From the NCBI GenBank assembly GCA_013002165.1, contig JABDKO010000197.1, positions 224 to 64,223 on the forward strand: a DNA stretch of 64,000 bases, in the 5' to 3' direction. The position numbers were made by a program, and so were the translations under genes. How positions within the stretch are numbered: the stretch's first letter is position 1; every line of letters starts with the position of its first letter. Below are positions 10,199 to 18,672 of this stretch, piece after piece. The DNA is from Rhodothermales bacterium (GTDB taxonomy: Bacteria > Bacteroidota > Rhodothermia > Rhodothermales > JABDKH01). The notes beneath the pieces were generated by a model. It worked only from the letters and a program-made list of their open reading frames with translations. It did not search any database and had not been told where the DNA came from.

Positions 10199-11023
10199 AT
10201 GGCTCATGCGGCCGGAATTCCAAAAGTAAGCAGACTCAGAGCCCGGCAGCGGATAGGGAAATACCGTATCGAGAAGCGCCTGGGAGAGGGGGGATTCGCC
10301 GGGGTTTATCAAGCCTACGATACTATAGAGGGTGTGCGTGTCGCGCTCAAAGTTCCACATGCTCCCTATGTCAACGACGACGTGCTGAAAGACTTTCGCT
10401 CGGAGTTCAGAAGCTCATCCCGTCTGCGGCACGACAATATCCTCGCCGTGAAGGACGCTTCAATCGTCCAGGACCGGTTGATCATCGCTATGCCACTCGG
10501 CATTGAGAGCCTCGGCGACCGGATGAAAAGGCGAATGTCAACCCGGCGTACTCTTCACTACATCGAACAGCTTCTGGATGCAGTTGCACACGCTCATGAA
10601 AACGACATTGTGCACTGTGATATCAAACCCGAGAACCTCATCCTTTTTCCGGACGATGAACTTCGGCTTACCGACTTTGGTGTCGCCAAGGTGTCACAGA
10701 AGACTCTGTCGAACTCGATACGCGGAACTGTAGGCCACATGGCGCCTGAGCAGGCTATGGGTCGAGCCACGTATCAGAGTGACGTATTCGCAATTGGGTT
10801 GACATCATATCGCCTCCTTACCGGGGAGTGGCCCGAGTGGCCTTTTACCTGGCCGCTTCCGGGTCACAAGAAGCTTCGGCGTCGGGTACATCCAAAATTT
10901 GTTGCCTGGCTAAAACGAGCACTGCAGGCAAACCCGAAAAAGAGATTTCGTGACGCAGTCCAGATGCGAGATGCGTATGTCAGAATAGCCCCCACCATCG
11001 CCCGGCACCTTGACTCCAGGTAG
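10199..11023 (+). CDS. Ser/Thr protein kinase, kinase domain only (274 aa)
   Basis: Hanks-type motifs: GEGGFAGVY (Gly loop), VALK, HCDIKPEN (catalytic loop), DFG, GTVGHMAPE. Start moved to the Met at 10199 because the upstream part of ORF 10049.. is the tRNA-Val read as protein. Confidence 0.8.
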   Translation: MAHAAGIPKVSRLRARQRIGKYRIEKRLGEGGFAGVYQAYDTIEGVRVALKVPHAPYVNDDVLKDFRSEFRSSSRLRHDNILAVKDASIVQDRLIIAMPLGIESLGDRMKRRMSTRRTLHYIEQLLDAVAHAHENDIVHCDIKPENLILFPDDELRLTDFGVAKVSQKTLSNSIRGTVGHMAPEQAMGRATYQSDVFAIGLTSYRLLTGEWPEWPFTWPLPGHKKLRRRVHPKFVAWLKRALQANPKKRFRDAVQMRDAYVRIAPTIARHLDSR

Positions 11024-11117
11024 TTGCCCCTCCGCGCTACGGTTAGCCCAACGGGAACCTTGCCGGTTCACGTCGCTTGACACTTGCATATCTATTTCAA
11101 ACAACGCCCCGGCTGTC

Positions 11118-11654
11118 ATGTTGAGATTCTTATTGACCTCATTCTCTTTGCTTCTTTTCCTGTTCGTTCTGCCTCCTGCAAGTGCTCAAGAAAGCGACTT
11201 TATTGAAAACCTCATCTCCAACCTCGACGCTACTGGTAGTCGAGATGTCTTCTTTGACCTTGACACCGGAGTTGAAGTTGACAGCTCATCCGCCGACTGG
11301 GATTTGTGGTTCAACGGATCGCGTATTAAGGTAAATGGCCAGCTCGCGATGGTCGACAAAAAGTACAGCTCCGTTTACGCTGCACCGGATACGGGATATC
11401 TTGATGATGAGATGGGGATTACCGCATTTCCATCGGGTAGTGATGCAGGATGGTTCATGTATGACCCGAATACGCATACAGTCGAAGCCGTTCCTCAGCG
11501 AACGTTCGTGATCAAGAACCGAGACGGCAACCATGCGAAGGTTGAGTTCATCAGCTACTACAAGGACGCAACGCCGGCCGACACTCCCGGCGCCGACCCA
11601 CGGTATTATACGTTTAGGTACAAAATGAACTCCAGTGGATCGAGCAAGCTTTAG
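11118..11654 (+). CDS. Secreted HmuY-like protein (178 aa)
   Basis: Signal peptide MLRFLLTSFSLLLFLFVLPPASAQ. Blocks WDLWFNGSRIKVNG and GWFMYD...FVIKNRDGNHAKVEFISYY resemble the HmuY family as I recall it. Start trimmed from 11010. Confidence 0.5.
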   Translation: MLRFLLTSFSLLLFLFVLPPASAQESDFIENLISNLDATGSRDVFFDLDTGVEVDSSSADWDLWFNGSRIKVNGQLAMVDKKYSSVYAAPDTGYLDDEMGITAFPSGSDAGWFMYDPNTHTVEAVPQRTFVIKNRDGNHAKVEFISYYKDATPADTPGADPRYYTFRYKMNSSGSSKL

Positions 11655-12316
11655 TCCGGGCTTCTATGCGGCAGGTCATTAAAAAGTTTGTACGATATGA
11701 CCACTGGCGTTAACACCATGAATGCGACGGCAACGATGAACAGGTAGGTAAACAAACCGCTGTTCACAAATGGCCAAAGCACAAGCAGTGCTAATCCGGA
11801 CGCTACCCATATCTTCGCGGCAATGCGGTGTGTCTGCCGCCAGACTTCTGGATTCTCGAGTGTCCAGGGAGTTCGTATCCCGATGAAGTAATTGGGCTCT
11901 ATCGTGCTCAGATAGTTACCGATTCCAATAAACAATAGAATCAAGACTAACAAAATCGCTTTGCCGACATCGAACGTGTAGCCAAGTGCCTGTAGGAGTA
12001 CAGCGATGAACAGGCCATTCATAATCAATGGAAAAACTATGCGATATGCCCTGAGTGCTTTCTGTTTTGATTGCACTCTTCGTTTAGGATCGATAATCGG
12101 AGCAACCATTATGATGAGATAGCCGAATAGTGACAAGGCCGGGAAAAGCAAGAGGGTAGTCAACTTGCTTCCGTAGCCATCAACCTCGCCTCGAATATTC
12201 CAATGAGATGGAATCTGATCCGGGATGCTACCCCACACAAAAGGTAGAATTGCTAACGGTATCACTATCAATACCCATGAAAGCCATTCGGTCTTTATAG
12301 TCTCTTTAATGTTCAT
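11651..12316 (-). CDS. SdpI/YhfL-family membrane protein (DUF1648 + SdpI domains)
   Basis: 221 aa, multi-TM. N-terminal IPDQIPSHWNIRGEVDGYGSK (DUF1648-like) and IGIRTPWTLENPEVWRQTHR (SdpI-like). Overlaps the upstream ArsR-type gene by 4 nt. Confidence 0.7.
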   Translation of the reverse strand: MNIKETIKTEWLSWVLIVIPLAILPFVWGSIPDQIPSHWNIRGEVDGYGSKLTTLLLFPALSLFGYLIIMVAPIIDPKRRVQSKQKALRAYRIVFPLIMNGLFIAVLLQALGYTFDVGKAILLVLILLFIGIGNYLSTIEPNYFIGIRTPWTLENPEVWRQTHRIAAKIWVASGLALLVLWPFVNSGLFTYLFIVAVAFMVLTPVVISYKLFNDLPHRSPD

Positions 12317-12579
12317 GATTGTCCATCTTTGACGAGATCCAAAAGCCAGTTGATTGTATCCTCGAGTACAGTTGTTGTAAGCGAGTACACCCTAAACTGC
12401 CCATCGCGGCGTGATGCTACGAGGTCCGCCTGCTTGAGAATGTCGAGGTGGTGCGAAATGCTTGGTTTGCTCATATTGAACTGGTCAGATATTTCTCCGG
12501 CAGAGAGCTCCTGATCTCGCAATAGCTCCAGAATCTTTCTTCGGGTAGGATCTTTCAGCGCTTTGAACAGCAGGGTCAT
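12313..12579 (-). CDS. ArsR/SdpR-family winged-helix repressor
   Basis: 88 aa. LKDPTRRKILELL...SAGEISDQFNMSKPSISHHLDILKQADLV is a typical ArsR HTH. No metal-binding Cys motif. Confidence 0.8.
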   Translation of the reverse strand: MTLLFKALKDPTRRKILELLRDQELSAGEISDQFNMSKPSISHHLDILKQADLVASRRDGQFRVYSLTTTVLEDTINWLLDLVKDGQS

Positions 12580-12587
12580 TTCGATGT

Positions 12588-12603
12588 TTAGATAATTGTC
12601 TAA
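12588..12603. promoter_or_regulatory. Near-palindrome TTAGATAATTGTCTAA, candidate SdpR/ArsR operator
   Basis: 16-bp inverted repeat, 14 of 16 positions symmetric, located 9 nt upstream of the repressor start codon. Confidence 0.35.
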
Positions 12604-12699
12604 TTTATACGTGTCGTATGGAATTAGTTTCAGTCATGACCAGGTTGCAAACGAAAAGTGACACCCACAGTACTGCGAAAGAGGCAATACCCATCGGAC

Positions 12700-14184
12700 C
12701 TATGACTTCCAGTTGCTTCCGACATATCCGGCAATAAAGGCCACTACAAATGATGGAGCCATTTCACCAAGTGCATTGAATGCCTCTCCGACGATCGGTA
12801 GAGCTGATGCTCCAAACTTGAACAGGGGAACGGAAATCAATCCTCCTATCATGGTCCATATCACGCCTCTTGCATTGTACTCTTTCCAGAACAGCGTAAG
12901 AATGATAACCGGACAGAAGCAGCTGGCGATTCCTGACCAACCGAATATCACAAACCAGAAAACCGTCCTGTCCGGAGACAAGAGCGACACGCTTACGGCT
13001 ATCACCAGTGCAAAAACAGCTATCCCCAGCGTGACCCAGCGCGACATTCCTGTAAGCTCGGACCCAGGCGTTTCCGGATGTACAAGCTGTTGGTAGTAGT
13101 CTCTCGTGACAGCACTTGACGCAACGACCAGTAGTGAGTCTATGGTAGACATAATCGCTGCAAGAACTGCCGCTACGAATATTCCGACGATGACGACGGG
13201 GAAAAGGTGTTCTACAATTGCAGGAAGAACGCCCTCGGCAGCATTGCCGAGAATAGACTCGGGGTTCTGACCACCCGGGACGAGGATAAACCGTCCGAGG
13301 AATCCGGCGAGAACTGCGGCTGTATCGGTCAGGATAGTGTACGTGATAGCCACCCATCGTCCCTTCTTTATTTCTCGGGGATCCTTCAGCGACATGAATC
13401 GAACGAACACCTGTGGTGATCCGAGAAAACCCAGACCAACAGCAAGGTAGGATACGATTATCCAGACATTCTGAAACGTGAGGCCCCCTGCGCCAGTGAG
13501 GGTAAGTAGTTCCGGATTGGAAGCACCGATCGAAGTTGATAGTGCTACATCCGATGGGATTGACATAACGGCGAAGACGGGAATCGCCACGAGGCCAACG
13601 AGCATGATCGTGCCCTGAAAAAGATCTGACCATGAGACGGCGACGAAGCCTCCAAACATTGTATAGAGTAAGACGATGCCGAAGCCTGCCGTAATTCCCG
13701 AGTAGTAATTCCAACCGAGGAAGCTCTCAAACGCCTTCCCCGTGGCATCTATCTGTGCGCTGACATATATCGTAATAAAAAGGACGAGGATACCTGCAGC
13801 CAGTACCCTGATGCGTTTGTGGTTTGGGTCGCTTTTCCGTGGGGCGTGTTTGGCGACCAGGTAATCCGGTACCGTAACGGCACGACATTCATCGGTCTGG
13901 TGTTTGAATCGGTCTGCCATTACAAACCATGCAATACCTACCCCGAGCACTTCGCCGACTACAACCCAGAGGGCGCTGAGACCCACCATGGCTCCCAGCC
14001 CGGTCAGGCCCAGGAGCAACCATGCTGATTCTCCCGTCGCACGAGCGGAAAAAGCGACGACCCAGTAGCCGAGTTTCTTGCCGCCGACATAGAAATCATC
14101 CAGGTCCCGGATACGTCGCGAGGCTACGACTCCGATGCCGGCCAGAATGGCAAAGTATGCAGCCAGAACCAGATAGACAGCCAT
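12700..14184 (-). CDS. Sodium:solute symporter family transporter (PutP/SSF-like)
   Basis: 494 aa, about 13 TM segments. The N-terminal region FYVGGKKLGYWVVAFSARATGESAWLLLGLTG is typical of the SSF family. Confidence 0.9.
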   Translation of the reverse strand: MAVYLVLAAYFAILAGIGVVASRRIRDLDDFYVGGKKLGYWVVAFSARATGESAWLLLGLTGLGAMVGLSALWVVVGEVLGVGIAWFVMADRFKHQTDECRAVTVPDYLVAKHAPRKSDPNHKRIRVLAAGILVLFITIYVSAQIDATGKAFESFLGWNYYSGITAGFGIVLLYTMFGGFVAVSWSDLFQGTIMLVGLVAIPVFAVMSIPSDVALSTSIGASNPELLTLTGAGGLTFQNVWIIVSYLAVGLGFLGSPQVFVRFMSLKDPREIKKGRWVAITYTILTDTAAVLAGFLGRFILVPGGQNPESILGNAAEGVLPAIVEHLFPVVIVGIFVAAVLAAIMSTIDSLLVVASSAVTRDYYQQLVHPETPGSELTGMSRWVTLGIAVFALVIAVSVSLLSPDRTVFWFVIFGWSGIASCFCPVIILTLFWKEYNARGVIWTMIGGLISVPLFKFGASALPIVGEAFNALGEMAPSFVVAFIAGYVGSNWKS

Positions 14185-14228
14185 GTGACGGAGAGTGAGC
14201 GATAGGTCGCCATGAAGCTAGGAAACTT

Positions 14229-14257
14229 TCTAGACTTTCTTCTAGAGATACTCTAGC
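14229..14257. promoter_or_regulatory. Three TCTAG(A) motifs spaced 12 and 11 nt apart, including the inverted repeat CTAGAG-ATA-CTCTAG
   Basis: TCTAGA at 14229-14234 and 14241-14246, TCTAGC at 14252-14257. They lie 45-75 nt upstream of the symporter ATG, which suggests an operator. No regulator assigned. Confidence 0.3.
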
Positions 14258-14446
14258 ACATAATCATTGGCGCAGTTCGCACTTCCTCGATTAAGTTGTA
14301 ACCGGGGAGGAGGAGTGGTGGCCCCCGCGTTGCCATGGGTTTGAAATCTGATTCTCCGCCCCTCAACTGGAGCCCACCCGCCACAATCTGACCCTCCGGC
14401 ATAGCTATGTCGCCGAGCCGCACGCAAACACGATCAGACATATGAA

Positions 14447-14474
14447 AGCCCACCCGTCTTTCGACGGGCGGGCT
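14447..14474 (-). terminator. Stem-loop terminator downstream of the multiheme cytochrome gene
   Basis: Minus-strand RNA AGCCCGCCCGUC-GAAA-GACGGGUGGGCU forms a 12-bp stem with one G-U pair and a GNRA loop, followed by UUCAUAUGU. It starts 31 nt after the stop. On the plus strand the same position is an A-C mismatch, which favours the minus strand. Confidence 0.55.
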
Positions 14475-14505
14475 TGATCATTTCGTCAGGACCGTCGCTT
14501 CGCAG

Positions 14506-16077
14506 TTATCGCCGCGACGAAATCGGCTGTACCCTGATTTCACCGGTCCTCTGAGGAATCGCAATGACATCTTTCGGTGCTGCATTGAGAATGCGCTCCA
14601 TCTCAACATCATAATCAATGCCGCTGGCGGCAGAGACACCGTATGTGTCCTCGACCACTTGGATACTTGCAATAAGCAGCGCCTCCGTAAGGAACGGATT
14701 ATGTGCTGTCGATCCGTATACGTCATCACCAAACGTGGCGAGATTATAATTGAAAAATGCACCTTCAGCTGTCGTGAATGTCGGATCTCCAGCGTCGATC
14801 TCGCCACCAGACTCATCCAGTCCCGGATCGACCAGCTCAAGCACGGCAAGCAACTCATTCGCCCGGTCCTCAATACTAGTACTCGAGGCTATCATCGCGG
14901 ATGCTGCAGCAGTTGTCGTCAAGTGGCACCCTGCTGTCGCACAACCGCTATACGCGCGAGCTTCCTCTGCCAACTCGCAATCCCCGGTAACAGGGATTCC
15001 ATCCGGTCCAACACACGGCATGGCCGTGAAGAGGTGACCCGTTGCCTGGAAGACAAAGTCTCCCGTGACCTCATCGGTAACCTCAAACTGACTCACATGA
15101 CAACTTGCACACAATCGTCTGTTGGCGACGCTGCCATGCGATGCTACGATCTGACCCTGTTCGATCTGAACTCCGGGCGGGAACCACCCACCTTCGCCGA
15201 TCAATAAAGCTGCTTGTGGTGCATGCGGTGCAAGACCGTGACTGGACGAGGGATCAGGTACCGTCCGCCGGTTGTGACATTGTGCACAGAGGTTTTCCTC
15301 TAGCGAGACCGACTCGACAGGAAATCTTAACTGACCCTCATTAGTTGCATCGTGTGGATCGTGACATACCGCGCATGTGATCGGAAGGTGGTCTACTGAA
15401 TTCTTCTCGGCATACTCTGCCTTGACGCCCCATGACTTGAGAGCACCCTGCCCCCTGTGACAACTTTCACACTCGGGACGCGCTGCCGCAAAACCAACCA
15501 CGGAAGCATGTCCGGATTGTGCCCACTCTTCCGCAAACGGATGATGACTACCCTGATGGCATTCTGCACAACTTGTCGCATTGGCAAGATCCGACAGGTC
15601 TCCAATACCTATCGCGGCGATCGGCTGAGATGCATCGGGATTGGTTACATGCTGTTGCCCGGCTCCATGACAGCTTTCGCACTGAACATCGTGATACCTT
15701 GAGTCGCCGGTGCCGGCAAAACCAACTGCTTCGGTAAGTGGATTACCCAAAGGACCAGCTGTATGGCAATTCTCGCAGAAAGCTTGTGCATGACCACTGG
15801 CTTGAAGACCTTCCCACGCCGCTGCGTGCGCCGTACCTTCCCAGGCAGCCTGTTGACCGACATGGCAATTACCACAAACGGTCAGGCCAACATCCTGGTC
15901 GTCATATCCCAGAAAACCTACAGCTGCAGCTGGAGGTGAATCATAGAATGGACGTTCAACGAAAACTGTCTCAGTTCTGTCACATCCCGACCAGACAAAA
16001 ACGCTCGCACACAAGAAAAGGGAACTGGCTATCAGATATAATGGTGATAGCCTGCTCCGAAAAAAGAGAGTGGACAT
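14506..16077 (-). CDS. Multiheme c-type cytochrome lipoprotein (8 CXXCH + 1 CX4CH)
   Basis: 523 aa. Signal peptide plus lipobox (VFVWSGC). Heme motifs CGNCH, CENCH, CESCH, CAECH, CESCH, CAVCH, CAQCH, CASCH and CATAGCH, counted in the translation. Confidence 0.85.
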   Translation of the reverse strand: MSTLFFRSRLSPLYLIASSLFLCASVFVWSGCDRTETVFVERPFYDSPPAAAVGFLGYDDQDVGLTVCGNCHVGQQAAWEGTAHAAAWEGLQASGHAQAFCENCHTAGPLGNPLTEAVGFAGTGDSRYHDVQCESCHGAGQQHVTNPDASQPIAAIGIGDLSDLANATSCAECHQGSHHPFAEEWAQSGHASVVGFAAARPECESCHRGQGALKSWGVKAEYAEKNSVDHLPITCAVCHDPHDATNEGQLRFPVESVSLEENLCAQCHNRRTVPDPSSSHGLAPHAPQAALLIGEGGWFPPGVQIEQGQIVASHGSVANRRLCASCHVSQFEVTDEVTGDFVFQATGHLFTAMPCVGPDGIPVTGDCELAEEARAYSGCATAGCHLTTTAAASAMIASSTSIEDRANELLAVLELVDPGLDESGGEIDAGDPTFTTAEGAFFNYNLATFGDDVYGSTAHNPFLTEALLIASIQVVEDTYGVSAASGIDYDVEMERILNAAPKDVIAIPQRTGEIRVQPISSRR

Positions 16078-16312
16078 GGCAAACCCGTTGGCGTTATTGG
16101 TTGCAAAATATTTCAGGGGGGAGTCTCAGGCGGTGCGGAAGATTAGTTAAAGTGATCCATCATGTCAACCCGTCCCGCGGGAAGTCGGGAAAAACACTAC
16201 ATTGTTCGAGGGGATACCATTGCACGCCTCAACGTAGCATTGCTTTCCCATTGAACGTTTGACAATCCGGATATTTCCGGCCGTCATTGGAAATCAGACC
16301 AAATCAACTGAG

Positions 16313-17440
16313 ATGATCTCAGCGGGGGCAAACCTTTTGACACGTCATTTCCTACTACTCATTGTAGCCGTTTCTATCGTTGGTATTCACTCTGCGGTCG
16401 CCCAGGACACAGACACAGCTGATGTCTTCATTGGTTTCGATGATATCGAAGAAGAGGCGCCTCCCGCTGTCAGTCACTCCGGCGGATGGACGGACATGAT
16501 TCATATCTCGGGACGATTCGATCTGAACCTTGAGGTCACGAATCCCAGTAAGGAGTTCCAGCGCACCTCGCAGTTCAGAAACTACCACAAGTTCATATTT
16601 TTAAACGTCAAACCGGACGACAGAATCGCCCTGGAAGCGGAGATTCTTGATCTTTCCTACTACGAGATCAAGTACAGGGTCTGGCGTGAGTTTGAGCTTC
16701 GTTTTGGAAAGATCTGGGTTCCGTTCGGCGCAACGCCTTTTCACCATTACTATGGCGGAATCCAGGGTGATCCTTTCCAGGGCCTGTTCCTTCCTAACGT
16801 CTGGTCTGAATTTGGCGGGACGATAGGTGGAACGATATTCACCGGAAATCAAGTGCAAATCGATGTCGATCTGTTCGCTATTCGTGGCTTCGAGACCGAA
16901 CTCGGTAATGTGTTGAATCTGTCAAACGGCGGCGCTGACGACACCTATGCATTCGGTCAACGGACACGCCTCGGATTCGGCAAGATCTCTCTTTGGGGAT
17001 CGGCTCTGTACAACCAATTTGGTCTAAATAATGATGGTCATCTGGTTCTCTGGGGTGGAGACCTTCTCGTCGATTACGGCCTGGTTAACGCACCCATTTT
17101 GAAAGATCTTAAACTCCGTGTCGCGTTCGCGCGTGCAGATATCAAAGACCAGGAGCTGGTTGAAGAGCGGTTCAATACCGATGGCTGGTACTATCGCTAT
17201 GGTGATTATGCCGAGCTGACGTATCGCGGATTGCCGCATGTCTCCCCGCGAGTGCGTTATGGCACGATTGTGGACTATGATGATGTCGTCACTAACAACG
17301 ACAGTCATAACACCGAATTTGCGGCACTTGTGCGTATAAATCGTAATTTGTCTGTACTAATGCAGTACCAACTGAACATGGAAGAGGTCAACGAGATCGA
17401 CAATGACCTCTTCAGGATACACGCAGTGTTCGAATTTTAA
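16313..17440 (+). CDS. Outer-membrane beta-barrel, porin-like protein
   Basis: Signal peptide (LLLIVAVSIVGIHSAVAQ), alternating beta-strand pattern, block LRFGKIWVPFG similar to the porin O/P class, C-terminal aromatic residue (...HAVFEF). Start trimmed from 16259 to the Met at 16313. Confidence 0.6.
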   Translation: MISAGANLLTRHFLLLIVAVSIVGIHSAVAQDTDTADVFIGFDDIEEEAPPAVSHSGGWTDMIHISGRFDLNLEVTNPSKEFQRTSQFRNYHKFIFLNVKPDDRIALEAEILDLSYYEIKYRVWREFELRFGKIWVPFGATPFHHYYGGIQGDPFQGLFLPNVWSEFGGTIGGTIFTGNQVQIDVDLFAIRGFETELGNVLNLSNGGADDTYAFGQRTRLGFGKISLWGSALYNQFGLNNDGHLVLWGGDLLVDYGLVNAPILKDLKLRVAFARADIKDQELVEERFNTDGWYYRYGDYAELTYRGLPHVSPRVRYGTIVDYDDVVTNNDSHNTEFAALVRINRNLSVLMQYQLNMEEVNEIDNDLFRIHAVFEF

Positions 17441-17454
17441 ACAAGATTAAAGTT

Positions 17455-18087
17455 ATGGCGCGCACGACACCGACAATTTTTAACATCTCGCTGGCACGAT
17501 TCCCCATGCCTGCGAAACTGCTGTTTACGGCTGTGTTGCTGACTCTTGGCACCGGCTATATTTTTGCAATCGGCAACATCGCTCTGAAAGTTGGTTTTGC
17601 TCCCGATGAAGTCGCTACCAAATATTATGGTAACGAAGCATCCCGCCAGGCCATTGAAGACATTGAAGCCGGGGATGCCACAGGCGAGGCAGGAGTGGAA
17701 GAAGGCGAGGAATTTAGTTTTGATGACCTGGACGATCAGGAAGGAATGTCGGATGAGCCGATCGTTCCGATTCCAACTTTCGAAACACTGGTAGCAGAAG
17801 GTCACTTCCACCTGTTCGGCTACACGAGTATCTTTTTCCTCTGTGGGCTTGTGCTGCTGTTTGCAGAGCTCCCCGCCATGCTCAAGAATGTGCTTATCGT
17901 CGCACCTTTTGCGGCCTCGGTTCTTGACACGTGGAGTATCTTGCTTACCAGATTTGTCGGACCGGGGTTTGCCTGGATGCTCATAATCTCCGGGATGGTA
18001 ATGTCCCTGTCGTTCCTGCTGGTCTTCGTAATCGGCATCTATCAACTATGGTTCTTGAAGAATCACGAAGAACCTGTTACTCAATAA
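17455..18087 (+). CDS. 4-TM membrane protein of unknown function with acidic loop and EGHFHLFG motif
   Basis: 210 aa. TM1, then a very acidic loop (EDIEAGDATGEAGVEEGEEFSFDDLDDQEG), then three further TM segments. Starts 14 nt after the porin stop. Confidence 0.6.
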   Translation: MARTTPTIFNISLARFPMPAKLLFTAVLLTLGTGYIFAIGNIALKVGFAPDEVATKYYGNEASRQAIEDIEAGDATGEAGVEEGEEFSFDDLDDQEGMSDEPIVPIPTFETLVAEGHFHLFGYTSIFFLCGLVLLFAELPAMLKNVLIVAPFAASVLDTWSILLTRFVGPGFAWMLIISGMVMSLSFLLVFVIGIYQLWFLKNHEEPVTQ

Positions 18088-18096
18088 GAAATACCT

Positions 18097-18669
18097 ATGC
18101 TACGATTTCTGACTTCATTCCTCTGTATCGCGGCGCTCCTCGCGCCCATGACCGAAAGCGCAAGCGCACAGGTCGCGAAAGAAGGTAAGTCTATCGCACT
18201 CCGCGACGGACTTAAGAGTATGCTTCAGGCCCAGGGTGCAGCTAAACTTTCGAAAGTAACGGTCAACGTTGACGCCGATGGCGCCAAAATGATGAAAGAG
18301 TCCTTTTCAATCGAAAACGGATCGGGTAGCTATACGGTCTACAAAGGACTTGATGCTGATGACAATCTGATCGGGTCTGTCGTAATGGTTAACGAGCAGG
18401 GGAAGGAAGGACCACTCCAGGTGCTGATCGCCGTTGATCCCGAAGGGAGCGTATATGATATCGGCTTTACCATCTTCGGTGAGGATAAAGGGAAGCCTGC
18501 CCAGACATGGAATTTCTTGAAACAGTACCTTGGAAAATCTTCGTCAGATCCCCTCACAGTCGGGAAAGATATTGATGCTGTAAGCGGGGCAACGTGGACA
18601 AGTACATCGGTGACCAATGCCATCAAAAGGGGTGTTGTCGTTTACAAATCGTTTGTCATGGAGAGCTAG
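18097..18669 (+). CDS. Secreted FMN-binding domain protein (predicted covalent flavoprotein)
   Basis: 190 aa with signal peptide (...PMTESASAQ). C-terminal DAVSGATWTSTSV matches the D-x-x-[ST]-G-A-[TS] flavinylation motif of FMN_bind domains. Starts 9 nt after the previous gene. Confidence 0.75.
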   Translation: MLRFLTSFLCIAALLAPMTESASAQVAKEGKSIALRDGLKSMLQAQGAAKLSKVTVNVDADGAKMMKESFSIENGSGSYTVYKGLDADDNLIGSVVMVNEQGKEGPLQVLIAVDPEGSVYDIGFTIFGEDKGKPAQTWNFLKQYLGKSSSDPLTVGKDIDAVSGATWTSTSVTNAIKRGVVVYKSFVMES

Positions 18670-18672
18670 ATT

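Noticed and set aside
12764-13714. 316-aa minus-strand ORF inside the symporter gene
   Set aside because: It is an alternative frame of the well-supported SSF transporter CDS. Its composition is Arg/Cys/Ser-rich and non-protein-like, and it has no motifs.
14280-14440. tRNA-like, tmRNA, SRP or RNase P RNA in the GC-rich spacer
   Set aside because: No cloverleaf and no conserved RNase P, tmRNA or SRP sequence blocks could be found by eye. It is retained only as an unclassified structured leader; see findings.
17437-18045. 202-aa minus-strand ORF
   Set aside because: It is antisense to the 4-TM gene of the tightly spaced plus-strand operon. Its composition is Lys/Arg/Cys/His-rich and looks like noise.
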